Source of the DNA: an uncultured Acidobacteriota bacterium
Lineage (GTDB): Bacteria > Acidobacteriota > UBA6911
Assembly (NCBI GenBank): GCA_963843575.1
Contig: CAWJKZ010000019.1
Coordinates: forward strand, 192,001-256,000
Direction of reading: 5' to 3'
Length of the DNA stretch: 64,000 nucleotides
In this document: one piece after another, positions 53,253 through 62,984 of the stretch
Layout of the letters: every line of letters begins with the position of its first letter
Position numbering within the stretch: the stretch's first letter is position 1
The notes under the pieces: generated by a model
What the model saw: the letters and a program-made list of their open reading frames with translations, nothing else
The model's database searches: none
What the model was told of the DNA's origin: nothing
Made by a program: the position numbers and the translations under genes

Positions 53253-53939
53253 TTACTTGCAGAACTTCATCGATTGCCATTCCTCGTATCTATGAAAGAA
53301 GCTCCCCTGGGCGGTGCTGAATTTTGTGGTCGAGCTGAGCTCCAGGCCCTCATCAAGGTAAACGGAATAGTCGTAACGAGCCAGGTGAAAATCCCAGGTT
53401 TCGCCGGGCTCCGGGTGCCGCCCTTTCAGGGTCGGCAGACTGCCGAACGGGATGGCTGCTTCAAGACACCAGTATTCGTCGACATCCTCCCACCTGTTCA
53501 GCGTTCCCCTGATGTTGATGCCCACGAGCAGGCCTTCGCAGTTCCACCTGCTCCATCGGTGATGATCTTCTCCGCCGGCCCCTCGTTTGGCGTTGAATGC
53601 GTCGTAAACGGTGCCCAGCGGGTTGATCTCAAAATTGTAGTAGGCGCTCTGCTCTTTGTCGGGCTTGAGAAAGATCTCAAGGACATCTTCATTGCATGTC
53701 TGGGAATCGCGTTCCGTGTGGTGTCCCCAGATATCCTTGTCGTACGCCTTGATGGCCACGTAGAGATGCTTTTCGTCCCAGAGCATTCGACCGCAGCTGA
53801 TGCTTTGAGGCGTGGCGTTGCTGACAGGAACATAAAATTCCAGGGCCGGCGCCTCCTGCCATGCTGGCTCATCAATCAATCCGTCGATCTGGATTTGGGA
53901 CTCTGTGAACTTGCACTCGTACCCTGTGCCGGCTGTCAT
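53253..53939 (-). CDS. Carbohydrate-binding family 9-like (CBM9/DOMON-like) protein
   Basis: IDG.IDEPAW, LWDEKHLYV, EDVLEIF, YYNFEINPLG and EAAIPF motifs; no signal peptide. Confidence 0.85.
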   Translation of the reverse strand: MTAGTGYECKFTESQIQIDGLIDEPAWQEAPALEFYVPVSNATPQSISCGRMLWDEKHLYVAIKAYDKDIWGHHTERDSQTCNEDVLEIFLKPDKEQSAYYNFEINPLGTVYDAFNAKRGAGGEDHHRWSRWNCEGLLVGINIRGTLNRWEDVDEYWCLEAAIPFGSLPTLKGRHPEPGETWDFHLARYDYSVYLDEGLELSSTTKFSTAQGSFFHRYEEWQSMKFCK

Positions 53940-54270
53940 ATGTCCCCCTTGGGATCCTCTTGGTGTCGAGATCTACATTTTGCAGGGACACGGACGTGAA
54001 CGGCAACGGCATTCTTGGCGACCGAATGGGATATCGGCGCCCCATACAGGATTGGGCGCGGGCTCTGGGGCAAGCGATCACAACCGCTCGCGGTGAAAAC
54101 ACCCTCCGTTCCGCCAGGCAGACCGTCGAAGAAGCAGCCAGGGCCGCGGCCGCACTCGGGGTCCGGGTCCCACCCGGGCTGGAGGCAAATCCCTGAGCCC
54201 GGGACTGCTTCTTTCGGAAGCCCTGAGCGTTGAATTGCGCTAACGGCCAGACAATGAGAGAGGAGTACTT

Positions 54271-55206
54271 GTGGCGAATTTTCTGATCCTGATCCTGGTC
54301 AACATCATGTGGGCCGTCCAGTTTGCCGCGGCTAAAATTGCCACCGACAACATGGGTCCGATCACCGTGACGGTGGTTCCGATGCTGATTTCCGTGCTGA
54401 CGATGGCGCCGTTCCTCGCGCTGAGGAAAAGTGCTCCGAGGCCCGACGCTCCGGACCGGGGATCGCTGCTGAAGATCGTCCTGAGTTTTGTTCTCCTCGG
54501 CACCTTTGGCATCGTCATTTCCCAACTCTGCCTGACATGGGGGATATCGCGATCCCTTGCGTCGAATGCGGCCGTCATTACGTTGGGAACCCCGGCAATT
54601 ACCGCGGTCACGGCTTACTTCATGCTCCGCGAACGGATGACGAAGGTACGATGGGTGTCCTTTCTCCTGGCATTCGGCGGAGTGCTGATCTGCTCGGACA
54701 TCGACTGGAGATCGGTCCAACTGCTCCAGGGCAAGTACCTGGTCGGCAATCTGTTGCTGTTCATCAGCCTCTGGGGCGCTTCGTTCTACAACACCTACGC
54801 CAAGAAACTGCTGAGCCGTTATACGCCGTTTGAAGTGACCGTCTACAGCTTCATCGTGTGCACACTGGTTCTCCTGCCGCTCGCCCTGATCCTGGAACCG
54901 ATGCCCTGGAGCCGATGGGTGTCCTTCGGATGGCCTGTGTGGATCAGCCTCGTTTCCATCTCGGTTTTTTCTCTTACTCTCGCCACGGTCCTTTTCTTCG
55001 CCGTGCTCCAGAAGCTGGACGTGACGCAGGCAATCCTCTCGGTCTACATGGCACCGATATTCGGCGTACTCATTGCTGCCGTGACAGTGCACGAAAAAAT
55101 CACGATGGAACTGGTTCTGGGCGGGATGCTGGTCTTTGTCAGTACGTTCCTTGTCACCTACTACGAGGAGAGGATGCGCCGCCGGGCCGCGGCGGCACAC
55201 TCGTGA
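54271..55206 (+). CDS. DMT/EamA-family transporter
   Basis: About 10 TM segments in two EamA repeats (LRERM..., VHEKI...). Confidence 0.9.
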   Translation: MANFLILILVNIMWAVQFAAAKIATDNMGPITVTVVPMLISVLTMAPFLALRKSAPRPDAPDRGSLLKIVLSFVLLGTFGIVISQLCLTWGISRSLASNAAVITLGTPAITAVTAYFMLRERMTKVRWVSFLLAFGGVLICSDIDWRSVQLLQGKYLVGNLLLFISLWGASFYNTYAKKLLSRYTPFEVTVYSFIVCTLVLLPLALILEPMPWSRWVSFGWPVWISLVSISVFSLTLATVLFFAVLQKLDVTQAILSVYMAPIFGVLIAAVTVHEKITMELVLGGMLVFVSTFLVTYYEERMRRRAAAAHS

Positions 55207-55335
55207 AAGCGCATCTTGGAGGTTTGAGTCTTTGAGAAGCCTTCGGGGGCTGGTAAAAGCTGACCTCGAGGCGCGAAGACTCAAAGAAAACTCAAGGATG
55301 TTTCTGAGCCTGGGCAAAGACTGTGTGCGGGCCGG

Positions 55336-56256
55336 TCAAATCCTGGTATCGGCGACTTTCCCGATCCAGTCCCGGGTCCAGTCCACGGCCGCAAATCCGA
55401 GGTCCATGCTGGTGTTGCCCAGGAACACGATCCCATCGATGCGTTTCTGCCGCAACCAGCGCAGCGCGGTTTCGCACTGGAACTTCATCTCTTGGACGGG
55501 CATCGATTTCTTCTCGGTGTAATCGACGACATAACAGCCCAGCATTCTCCGCGCGCGCGGGGCGAGCTTCTCGAGTTTTGCCAGGTTCGCTTCCAGGTTG
55601 GTGAGATCCGCAGGCTTCCATGTCCAGAGCGTCACCTGGTCCATCAGATCGAGGTAGTCCCGGACCGGGAGATCCAGTTGATTGGTGTAGAACGTGACGT
55701 TCAGGTCCAGCTTCTTCCCCGGCTGATTCAATGACCGGCAAATGCTTTTCAGCTCTTCGAGGCTGAGGGCGGCGCGTCTGCCGTCCTTTTCGCGTTCATA
55801 AAAGAAATCGTCCAGATAAATTCCCGTGAAATTCGGTGTTTTCCGGGCCAGATCGAGCACCTGACGCGTCTCCCCGTTGGAGGTAAATCCGCCAGATCCT
55901 GCCACTGACCATTGGACGCGCTTTAGCGGCCGCAGGGCCACGGCGTATTGCTCAAAGGGCGGCTCGAACCGTTTATAGTGATCCGTGCTCTCGCCGATCT
56001 GAACCATGATGATGTTCGGGACGCCCAGGAAAGACGCGCTCTCGGCCGGGCTCATCACCGAGCGCCGCTTGAAATAGGACCAATCGCTGTTAGCCGGACA
56101 GGCAAACACCCACAATCGGTCACGTACCGTACCCTCAGGGGCAGCCGAGACCTGGGCGGACGCGGGATTCTCTGCGCAAATCCGCATGATTCCGGCCGCG
56201 GTCGTGCCCAGCATGGTCCTGCGGGATAGCCTCAGTTGCGAAGATCGAGGTTTCAT
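55336..56256 (-). CDS. Tat-exported TIM-barrel protein of unknown family, paralog C
   Basis: SRRTML; VRDRLW, RRSVMSPAES, NFTGIYLDDFF and DGIVFLGNT. Confidence 0.85.
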   Translation of the reverse strand: MKPRSSQLRLSRRTMLGTTAAGIMRICAENPASAQVSAAPEGTVRDRLWVFACPANSDWSYFKRRSVMSPAESASFLGVPNIIMVQIGESTDHYKRFEPPFEQYAVALRPLKRVQWSVAGSGGFTSNGETRQVLDLARKTPNFTGIYLDDFFYEREKDGRRAALSLEELKSICRSLNQPGKKLDLNVTFYTNQLDLPVRDYLDLMDQVTLWTWKPADLTNLEANLAKLEKLAPRARRMLGCYVVDYTEKKSMPVQEMKFQCETALRWLRQKRIDGIVFLGNTSMDLGFAAVDWTRDWIGKVADTRI

Positions 56257-56307
56257 AACTTCTCCGTCTTCTGTGTCTGTGTCGCGTCTAGACTCACTTG
56301 GACTGGA

Positions 56308-58701
56308 TCAGCGCGTTCCCATCGTGGCAGTACCGGTTGGATCGCTACCGGCATCCGCGCGAGCTTTTTTCAGTATGATGCTTGCGGCCTCGACCGGTGT
56401 CCCCTGATACCTTTGCTTTTGCGGGGCGCTGAACGGCTTATCCACGAATGCCCGTTCGATCTCCTGGTATTGGCTTTCCAGATCTTTTGTGAGGATTTTC
56501 ATCGATCCACTGCTCATTTGCGCGCGCAGGTGAGCGATGAACGCAACCACGCGGGGACGGTAGTAGAAACGCACCAGTTCATAGTAGTCGCGGCGGGCAT
56601 AGTCGATGATGTGGCCTCTCCAGACCGTGAGGATATCCCGGATGGCTTTGTCGAAATCCGCAGGGATCCCCGGGAGAGCCATCGCTTTGTCGATGATTGG
56701 CTGAAGGCAGTAAAACTCGCTGCTGGACAAAAGCGCCTCCTGGTCCTGGAGGATCGCCATCATGCTCTGCGCTTGTTTCTCGAACTCGGCCTGTTTCCCG
56801 CCGACGAACGCGTCATAGAGGCTTGACACCTTCGTGTCGAAGCGGTCTCCCTGGAGTTGGCGGCCGATGTCGATGATGTCGTGCTGGTACAGGGGATTCG
56901 TGCCCAGCCGGCCGCGTTCCCTCAAGGCTATTTCCAATGCGTTGCGGAGGTGTGGCACGAAACGGGACCGCTGGCCCAGGCTGAGGCTGTGCGCGCTACC
57001 TTTGCGCCGGCCCTGAATTCCCTCCGGCGTGATGCGCACCTGGTAGAAGGGGGGAGTCACATCATCCACTCCGTACACGCTGGCCACGAGCTCCTCCAGA
57101 GCGCGAACCATGGTGGGCGCCGCGTCGACGCCGTAGCGGCGGTTGGCATAGTCGGCGAGAAAACTGTCGAGCCGGGTGTTTTCGGGATTCCATGCCAGCC
57201 GTGAGAGGAGGTCAAACCAGATGTGGTTGTGCCTCAGTGCCTCCGGCTGAAGACTTATCCCCTCGCACCGCGAGGCCTTAGGATCCTGCGCCACCTCCTG
57301 AACGCGGCGTATCAAACCGTTCAGATCACCGTGGACTGTCGTGTTTCCCCCATAAGAAAACAGGAAACCCAGCAGCCACGGCTTACCGAAGTAGTAATCC
57401 AGGTCCTTGTACATCGGGGTTGTGCCGAGGCTCGCGCCCTGGTCGTTCCACTGCTCCCAGATCTGGATGCTGTCGCCGGGGAATGTGTCAAGATAGGCTT
57501 TGACCGATTCCTTGGGCCACAGCCGCTTGTCCAGCCATGTCCAGGATGAACTGAAGACCTTTCCGTCCGGATCTATCGAGCGGATCACTTCCGAGGCACG
57601 CTTCGCATTCGCCGTTTTCACCATCTCCTGATCCTGGGGTGTTTCGCCGGGCACCATCTCGGAGAACGTCATGCCAGAGTAGATGTGATCGGTCCCGAAA
57701 CGAGCAATGTACTCTTTCAGGTAAGCACGCCAGACCTGGCCGTACAGGGGATCGGTGGGGTGGATAAACTTCCCGGGCGGTTCGAATCCTACCCAGCTTA
57801 CATCGATGAATCGCGCCTTGTTTCGATAAGCTTCGTAGAACTCCCGCGGGACCTGGCCGAGAAAACCTCGGTAGTCAGGCGCCATCTTGATGCCAAGGCT
57901 CCTGCCATAATCGGCGAATTTCCGGCACAGATCGGCCTGGAAATCCTGGAAAGACTCGGGGTACGGCGGGCGGATATCCCACTTGTGCCAGCCCGCCCAT
58001 GGATGGAATGGCGGACCGGACAGGCTGGCTGCCGGGACCCGCACGCCGAAACTCTCCCAGACTTTCCTCCAGGTCGCCGTGAAATCGAAGTTCGACGAGA
58101 GAAGGTTGAACCTGTGTTTCGCCGCCCAGTCGACTTCTTTCTTCCATTCGCTCCAGTCCCACCAGTACGAGGTGTATTCGCAATCCATCATGTATTCTCG
58201 CACCGGGAAGCGGGGGCGTTCGATGATTCGGATGCCATCGACAGGGAGCGACTCTATTCTCGGCACATTCTCGCCATCGCCGAAAAAGCCCACGTGACAG
58301 ACGCTTTCCAGATATCGATACACCGCGTAAAGGGTAGCCTTCGGGGTTGAGCCCCAGAGGACAAGGTGTCTCCTCCCGTCGTAGAGAACGGACTGGATGA
58401 CAAGTCCCTCTTCACCGCTCGAGGCGAGTTCGATAACCCCTTTTCTGACGAGCGATTCCGAGACGGGAGTCTTGCCAATCGATACCATCACGCCGGTTTT
58501 GTCCGTCGTTCCTTCTGAGCGTAGTTGCGCTGTTTTTCCTGTGAGGGCTCGGACGTACTTGATGAACTCATCTGCCGCATGTTTCTCCAGAGCCGAGTCT
58601 CCGGACGTGCAGATCATCGGATCGTCTGCCGCAGGAGCCGCTGTCGATCCATGAACGAGACCGGTGGAGAGGGAAACGGCTAAGATCCATATTTTCAGCA
58701 T
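56308..58701 (-). CDS. GH89-like alpha-N-acetylglucosaminidase, secreted
   Basis: CEYTSYWWDWSEWKKEVDWAA, LSGPPFHPW, F.GQVP, FSEMVP, SYGGNT and DYARR...ELVR.YYRPR; start MLKIWILAV at 58701. Confidence 0.87.
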   Translation of the reverse strand: MLKIWILAVSLSTGLVHGSTAAPAADDPMICTSGDSALEKHAADEFIKYVRALTGKTAQLRSEGTTDKTGVMVSIGKTPVSESLVRKGVIELASSGEEGLVIQSVLYDGRRHLVLWGSTPKATLYAVYRYLESVCHVGFFGDGENVPRIESLPVDGIRIIERPRFPVREYMMDCEYTSYWWDWSEWKKEVDWAAKHRFNLLSSNFDFTATWRKVWESFGVRVPAASLSGPPFHPWAGWHKWDIRPPYPESFQDFQADLCRKFADYGRSLGIKMAPDYRGFLGQVPREFYEAYRNKARFIDVSWVGFEPPGKFIHPTDPLYGQVWRAYLKEYIARFGTDHIYSGMTFSEMVPGETPQDQEMVKTANAKRASEVIRSIDPDGKVFSSSWTWLDKRLWPKESVKAYLDTFPGDSIQIWEQWNDQGASLGTTPMYKDLDYYFGKPWLLGFLFSYGGNTTVHGDLNGLIRRVQEVAQDPKASRCEGISLQPEALRHNHIWFDLLSRLAWNPENTRLDSFLADYANRRYGVDAAPTMVRALEELVASVYGVDDVTPPFYQVRITPEGIQGRRKGSAHSLSLGQRSRFVPHLRNALEIALRERGRLGTNPLYQHDIIDIGRQLQGDRFDTKVSSLYDAFVGGKQAEFEKQAQSMMAILQDQEALLSSSEFYCLQPIIDKAMALPGIPADFDKAIRDILTVWRGHIIDYARRDYYELVRFYYRPRVVAFIAHLRAQMSSGSMKILTKDLESQYQEIERAFVDKPFSAPQKQRYQGTPVEAASIILKKARADAGSDPTGTATMGTR

Positions 58702-58799
58702 GTATCTCCTTGCCGGCCTCGTGCGAGAAGGTCTGAGAGCATTTTGCTTCGTGCAGAAGCCCGGGCCTATTTTCTCGCCGGGACACGAGATTGTCACCT

Positions 58800-58820
58800 A
58801 TATTTTGCTTGATAAAATAT
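58800..58820. promoter_or_regulatory. Candidate ROK-regulator operator (palindrome)
   Basis: ATATTTT-GCTTGAT-AAAATAT between the divergent GH89 and ROK genes. Confidence 0.55.
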
Positions 58821-59018
58821 TAATGGAGAGACTGCGGATCAGGTCGCACAACGAGTGAAAGACTTGCCACATTTCCATGGGATCGGCGGGAGGGGCAGGA
58901 ACTCGCCGGTCGTGTCTGGCGAGGGGGTGATTTCGTCTTCAAATCGTGGTATTTTTTTCATGCAAAACCATCAAACTGACTCGATATCGGGTCAATATTG
59001 TCCGCGAGGCAGGAAGTC

Positions 59019-60233
59019 ATGCCCAAGATCGCAGAGCAGTGGCTTCATAACGTTCTGGACGTCATGCACCAGCGCCGTACGGTGACCCGTGCCCAGATTG
59101 TGCAGGCGACCCGACTGAATCCAGCCAGTGTAAGTCACGCGCTCAGCTTCTTGTTGGATCGCGGCACCATATTGAAAATTGGAGAGTTGCAGTCGAAGGC
59201 TGGCCGACGTCGCGATGTGTTGACCCTGAACGCCGAGGCCGGCTACTTCATCGTCGCCGACCTCGAGGGCACACGCACGAGTTTTGCCGTTACGAACTTT
59301 GTCGGAGACATTCGCTATCGCTGGGAGGACGACATCCTGGTCGGCCGGACGCTTGAGGTGAAGCAGATCATCGAAGGCATCCGAATGGTTTTGCGCGGGC
59401 TCACCGAAGCCCAGAAATCGCGCCTTCTGGCAATCGGCGTGAGCTGTCCCGGGATCTGGCACAAAGGGGGGGGAGTTACTGCATTCAATCTCGGTTGGCA
59501 CGATGTCCCTCTTGCGGCGGAACTGGCGAAGAGTTTCGATCTGCCGGTGTTTCTGGACCACTCAACCCGCTGCGCAATTCTGGCGGAACGGTGGCTGGGG
59601 CTCGGTCAGAACGTGCGAAACTTCGTGTATGTCACCGTTGGGTATGGCGTTGGGGTTGGAATTTATAGTAACGGTCGGTTTGTAGGCGGCCGTGACCTGA
59701 TGGCCGGTGAGTTGGGGCACATCCGAATCGATCCCGCGGCAACCGACCAGTGCCGGTGTGGGAAAACCGGCTGCCTCGAGGCAATAGTTTCCAGTCCGAA
59801 CCTCGTCCGACAGTTTCTCGAGAAATCCGGTTTGGAACCCGGCCATTATTCGGGATTCAGGGTGGTCGACGTGTACGACCGGTTCAGGCAGGGTGATCCA
59901 ATCGCGGCAGATGTCATAGCCCGCGCCAGCAAGTACCTGGGATTGGCCCTCTCCTACATCGTTAACTTTCTCAATCCCGAGCTGATCATTCTCGGCGACG
60001 ATCTCGTGAATGCGGAGGACATTTTCCTTCCGCGAATCCGAGAGGAGATAGTGGCAAACTCGCTTCCCGCTTTTGTGAAAAACCTCGACATTCGGGTGAG
60101 TCGGCTGGGGCACGACATTGGTCTGAAGGGAGCGGCCTCATTTGCGTTCCGAAAGTCGTTGTCGAACGCCGCCCTCCGGCAAAAGATGTGCCGGCCTGCG
60201 TTCGAATTGCTGGAACCCCTTGAACCGCACTAG
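59019..60233 (+). CDS. ROK-family transcriptional repressor (NagC/XylR-like)
   Basis: N-terminal wHTH (TRAQIV..T.L.PASVS), GELGH and CRCGKTGCLE zinc motif. Confidence 0.93.
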   Translation: MPKIAEQWLHNVLDVMHQRRTVTRAQIVQATRLNPASVSHALSFLLDRGTILKIGELQSKAGRRRDVLTLNAEAGYFIVADLEGTRTSFAVTNFVGDIRYRWEDDILVGRTLEVKQIIEGIRMVLRGLTEAQKSRLLAIGVSCPGIWHKGGGVTAFNLGWHDVPLAAELAKSFDLPVFLDHSTRCAILAERWLGLGQNVRNFVYVTVGYGVGVGIYSNGRFVGGRDLMAGELGHIRIDPAATDQCRCGKTGCLEAIVSSPNLVRQFLEKSGLEPGHYSGFRVVDVYDRFRQGDPIAADVIARASKYLGLALSYIVNFLNPELIILGDDLVNAEDIFLPRIREEIVANSLPAFVKNLDIRVSRLGHDIGLKGAASFAFRKSLSNAALRQKMCRPAFELLEPLEPH

Positions 60234-60449
60234 ACGATGTAACGTCTTCCCCATACGTCCGAACCCCCGGTCTTAGTGCTGGAGCGAGTGCAGGACAGTC
60301 AAGCCCCGACCTCGGCGCAACACGCCGGAGCCCTGGATCATTACGGACATGAAGACCAGCCCTGACCGGAAAGAGCATTGCCTCACAGTACAGGGCCGGT
60401 ATGCGGCGAAAATGCAGCCGACCGTTTTCTTGAATCGTTGGGGGGAAAC

Positions 60450-61499
60450 ATGAACTCTCGAGAACGCATCTTTGCGGCACTTGATCACAAACTCGCAGAC
60501 CGCGTTCCGATCGCTGAAATGTGGATTGATCCGAAGATCGTTCAGGCGATTGTTCCCGGGGCGGTCCATTCCAATGATCTGGTCGAACCGCTCGGTCTCG
60601 ATATGGTGACCGTCGCCACGATGATCTATGAGGCCGACGAGGTGGAATGGGTCGACAGGGAACGGGGCCTTTTTCGAGACAAGTGGGGAGCGCTGCAACA
60701 CCTCACAGTGGAAGCAGTCCCCGTGCCGACTCTCCCGGCGCGGATTGAGTCGGAGGAGGATCTGGCTCGGTACACTCCCCCCGATCCCGCAAATTCCCCC
60801 GTCCCAGCCAAGGTGCGGACGTTAAGGGAGCGCTACCCCGATAAGGCTGTGGCGGTGGTCGGCGAATCGGGTTGGGCCCCTGCGGCATTCTTGCGCGGCG
60901 GGATCGAAAACCTGTTATTAGACTTCGGGATGAGGCCCTCCTTTGCGAAAGACTTGATGCAAGTCGGAGCGACCTATTACGCGGAGCTTTTTCCTCTCGC
61001 CATCGCTGCCGGCGCGGATGTCATATTTCTAGGCGACGACTACTGCGATAAGAAGGGCCCGATGATGTCCCCACGGATGTTCCACGAACTCATCCTCCCT
61101 AACGATGCCGCCGTTGTCGCGTCGATTAAGAAGGCCGGCGCGTATTGTATCAAACACATCGACGGCGACATCCGGAAGATCATGGACCCGTTGGTGAGTA
61201 CGGGATTGGACTGCCTCGGTCCGCTACAGGACGTTCCTGGAATGGAAATGGACAAGATTCTTGAGCGTTACCCTGGGCGGATCTCGGTGATGGGTAATAT
61301 CAGTGTCGACCTCCTGTCCCGAGGGACACGGGAGGAGGTCGTTGAGGCTGCGCGACACTTGCTACGTACGGTTTCAAGCAAAGGACCGCACATATTCTCC
61401 TCCGGCAATACGATTTCCTCGTCGGTGAATCCTGCGAATTACGTTGCCATGGTGAAGACCGTCCAGGAACTTGGTGCGTATCCCATCAGCGCCCTGTGA
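60450..61499 (+). CDS. Uroporphyrinogen-decarboxylase/MtaA-CmuA superfamily protein
   Basis: MNSRERI.AAL....DRVP, D.WG, LRG.ENLL.D, GDDY....GPMMSP, KHIDG and MGNI motifs. Confidence 0.88.
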   Translation: MNSRERIFAALDHKLADRVPIAEMWIDPKIVQAIVPGAVHSNDLVEPLGLDMVTVATMIYEADEVEWVDRERGLFRDKWGALQHLTVEAVPVPTLPARIESEEDLARYTPPDPANSPVPAKVRTLRERYPDKAVAVVGESGWAPAAFLRGGIENLLLDFGMRPSFAKDLMQVGATYYAELFPLAIAAGADVIFLGDDYCDKKGPMMSPRMFHELILPNDAAVVASIKKAGAYCIKHIDGDIRKIMDPLVSTGLDCLGPLQDVPGMEMDKILERYPGRISVMGNISVDLLSRGTREEVVEAARHLLRTVSSKGPHIFSSGNTISSSVNPANYVAMVKTVQELGAYPISAL

Positions 61500-61655
61500 A
61501 TAGGCACCTCGTTGTGAATACAGAACTGGCGTTTTGAAGCAGGTGATGGGTGGCAGGCCGGCCCGGGGAGTGCACACGGCTGATGATATGCTCCGGCCAT
61601 GGTCTCCACGGAGGCCCCGATGGCTGGAGTTCTGGTGCGGCTGCCGAACGGGTTT

Positions 61656-62984
61656 TCAAAGCTGTGTGGCGTTTTGCTGCACCTTCGCGAAAGCGCCAAT
61701 CACATCATCCACGTCGCTCTTAGACCCGATCAGTACCTCATGGGACATATACATGCTCGATGCGCAGAGTTCATCGTTCTGCGCGCAGTAGTTTTGCTCC
61801 CGGTATTTATCCAGGCGTTGCCGGCTGTACACCGCACGGAATCCACGGGAATTCAGGTTGTCCTCGAGGAATGGTTCCTTGTTGAGAGGAGGATATCCAG
61901 CCCCGACCGGAATGCCCTCGGCGTTGAGTGCCTTGATGACTTTCTCACGCGACGATCCATGGAATTGCTGTTTGTCGAAGCGAATGCCGAAGCAGTAGTT
62001 GTTCTGACGGGTCGATTCCGGATAATGCTCCTGCGGCATGATCCCCGGCACCTTCCTGAGTTCTGACCTCAAGTACGCCCCGTGCTTCTCGCGAATTAGG
62101 CTCACCTCGTCCAGTCGCGTCAGCTGCGCCATGAGCACCGCGGCGGCGAAGTCCGAGATACGATACTTTGTGCCGCGCATCGTGTAGCCTACCCCCTTTG
62201 GATCCGAACCGAAATTCCGGAACATGTAGGCTTTGGCGATCAGCTCCTCACGGTTGCTTACCAATGCGCCCGCCTCCCCGCCAGGGAGGTTTTTCGACTC
62301 CTGGAAGCTGAAACAGCCGATGGTCCCCAGGGTGCCGAGCTTCTTACCCCGCCACTCCGCCAGGTGAGCCTGGCACGCATCCTCGATAACCGGAAGGTTG
62401 TGCTTCCCGGCAACAGCCAGGATCTTATCCATGTGAGCGGGTGCGCCGAAGATATGGACTGGCATGATCGCGCGGGTATGCTCGGTTATTCGGCGTTCGA
62501 TATCGTCCGGATCCATCTGAAAAGTCCTTATGTCGGAATCCACGAAAACCGGCAGCGCATAGCACAAAAGGATCGCGTCAACAGTGGCTATGTAGGTGTA
62601 AGGCGAAACCAGGACTTCGTCGCCAGGACCGATTGCCAGGACCTCGAGCGCCATGTGTAACGCGTGCGTGCCACACGGAGTGATCACACAACCCCCTGCC
62701 CCCAACCTTTCTGCCCAGGCCTTTTCAAATTTTGGGATGAACTCCCCGTCAAAGGTGCACCAACGGTGGTTCCGGAGGGATTTAAGGATATTCGCCTCGT
62801 CCCGGTCATTTGTCTGGGGCCAGGTTGGGAAAGCTTTGGTTCGCACTGGAGTGCCCCCTTTGAGCGCTAGCGTATTCGGGTTTCGAGACAAAGCAGGCGC
62901 ACGAGTGGGAACAATGCTCGCCACCGCGACTCCTGCGGACGCTCTCTCCAGGAAAACCCGTCGACTTAGCTTCCTGTGGTCCAT
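61656..62984 (-). CDS. Tat-exported DegT/DnrJ/EryC1/StrS-family aminotransferase
   Basis: SRRVFL Tat motif; GPGDEV, IMPVH, IEDACQAH and FSFQESKNL (PLP Lys). Confidence 0.92.
   Translation of the reverse strand: MDHRKLSRRVFLERASAGVAVASIVPTRAPALSRNPNTLALKGGTPVRTKAFPTWPQTNDRDEANILKSLRNHRWCTFDGEFIPKFEKAWAERLGAGGCVITPCGTHALHMALEVLAIGPGDEVLVSPYTYIATVDAILLCYALPVFVDSDIRTFQMDPDDIERRITEHTRAIMPVHIFGAPAHMDKILAVAGKHNLPVIEDACQAHLAEWRGKKLGTLGTIGCFSFQESKNLPGGEAGALVSNREELIAKAYMFRNFGSDPKGVGYTMRGTKYRISDFAAAVLMAQLTRLDEVSLIREKHGAYLRSELRKVPGIMPQEHYPESTRQNNYCFGIRFDKQQFHGSSREKVIKALNAEGIPVGAGYPPLNKEPFLEDNLNSRGFRAVYSRQRLDKYREQNYCAQNDELCASSMYMSHEVLIGSKSDVDDVIGAFAKVQQNATQL

Noticed and set aside
53960-54196. 78-aa ORF between CBM9-like and EamA genes
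   Set aside because: No clear RBS or motif; may be a gene remnant, not supportable as a CDS.
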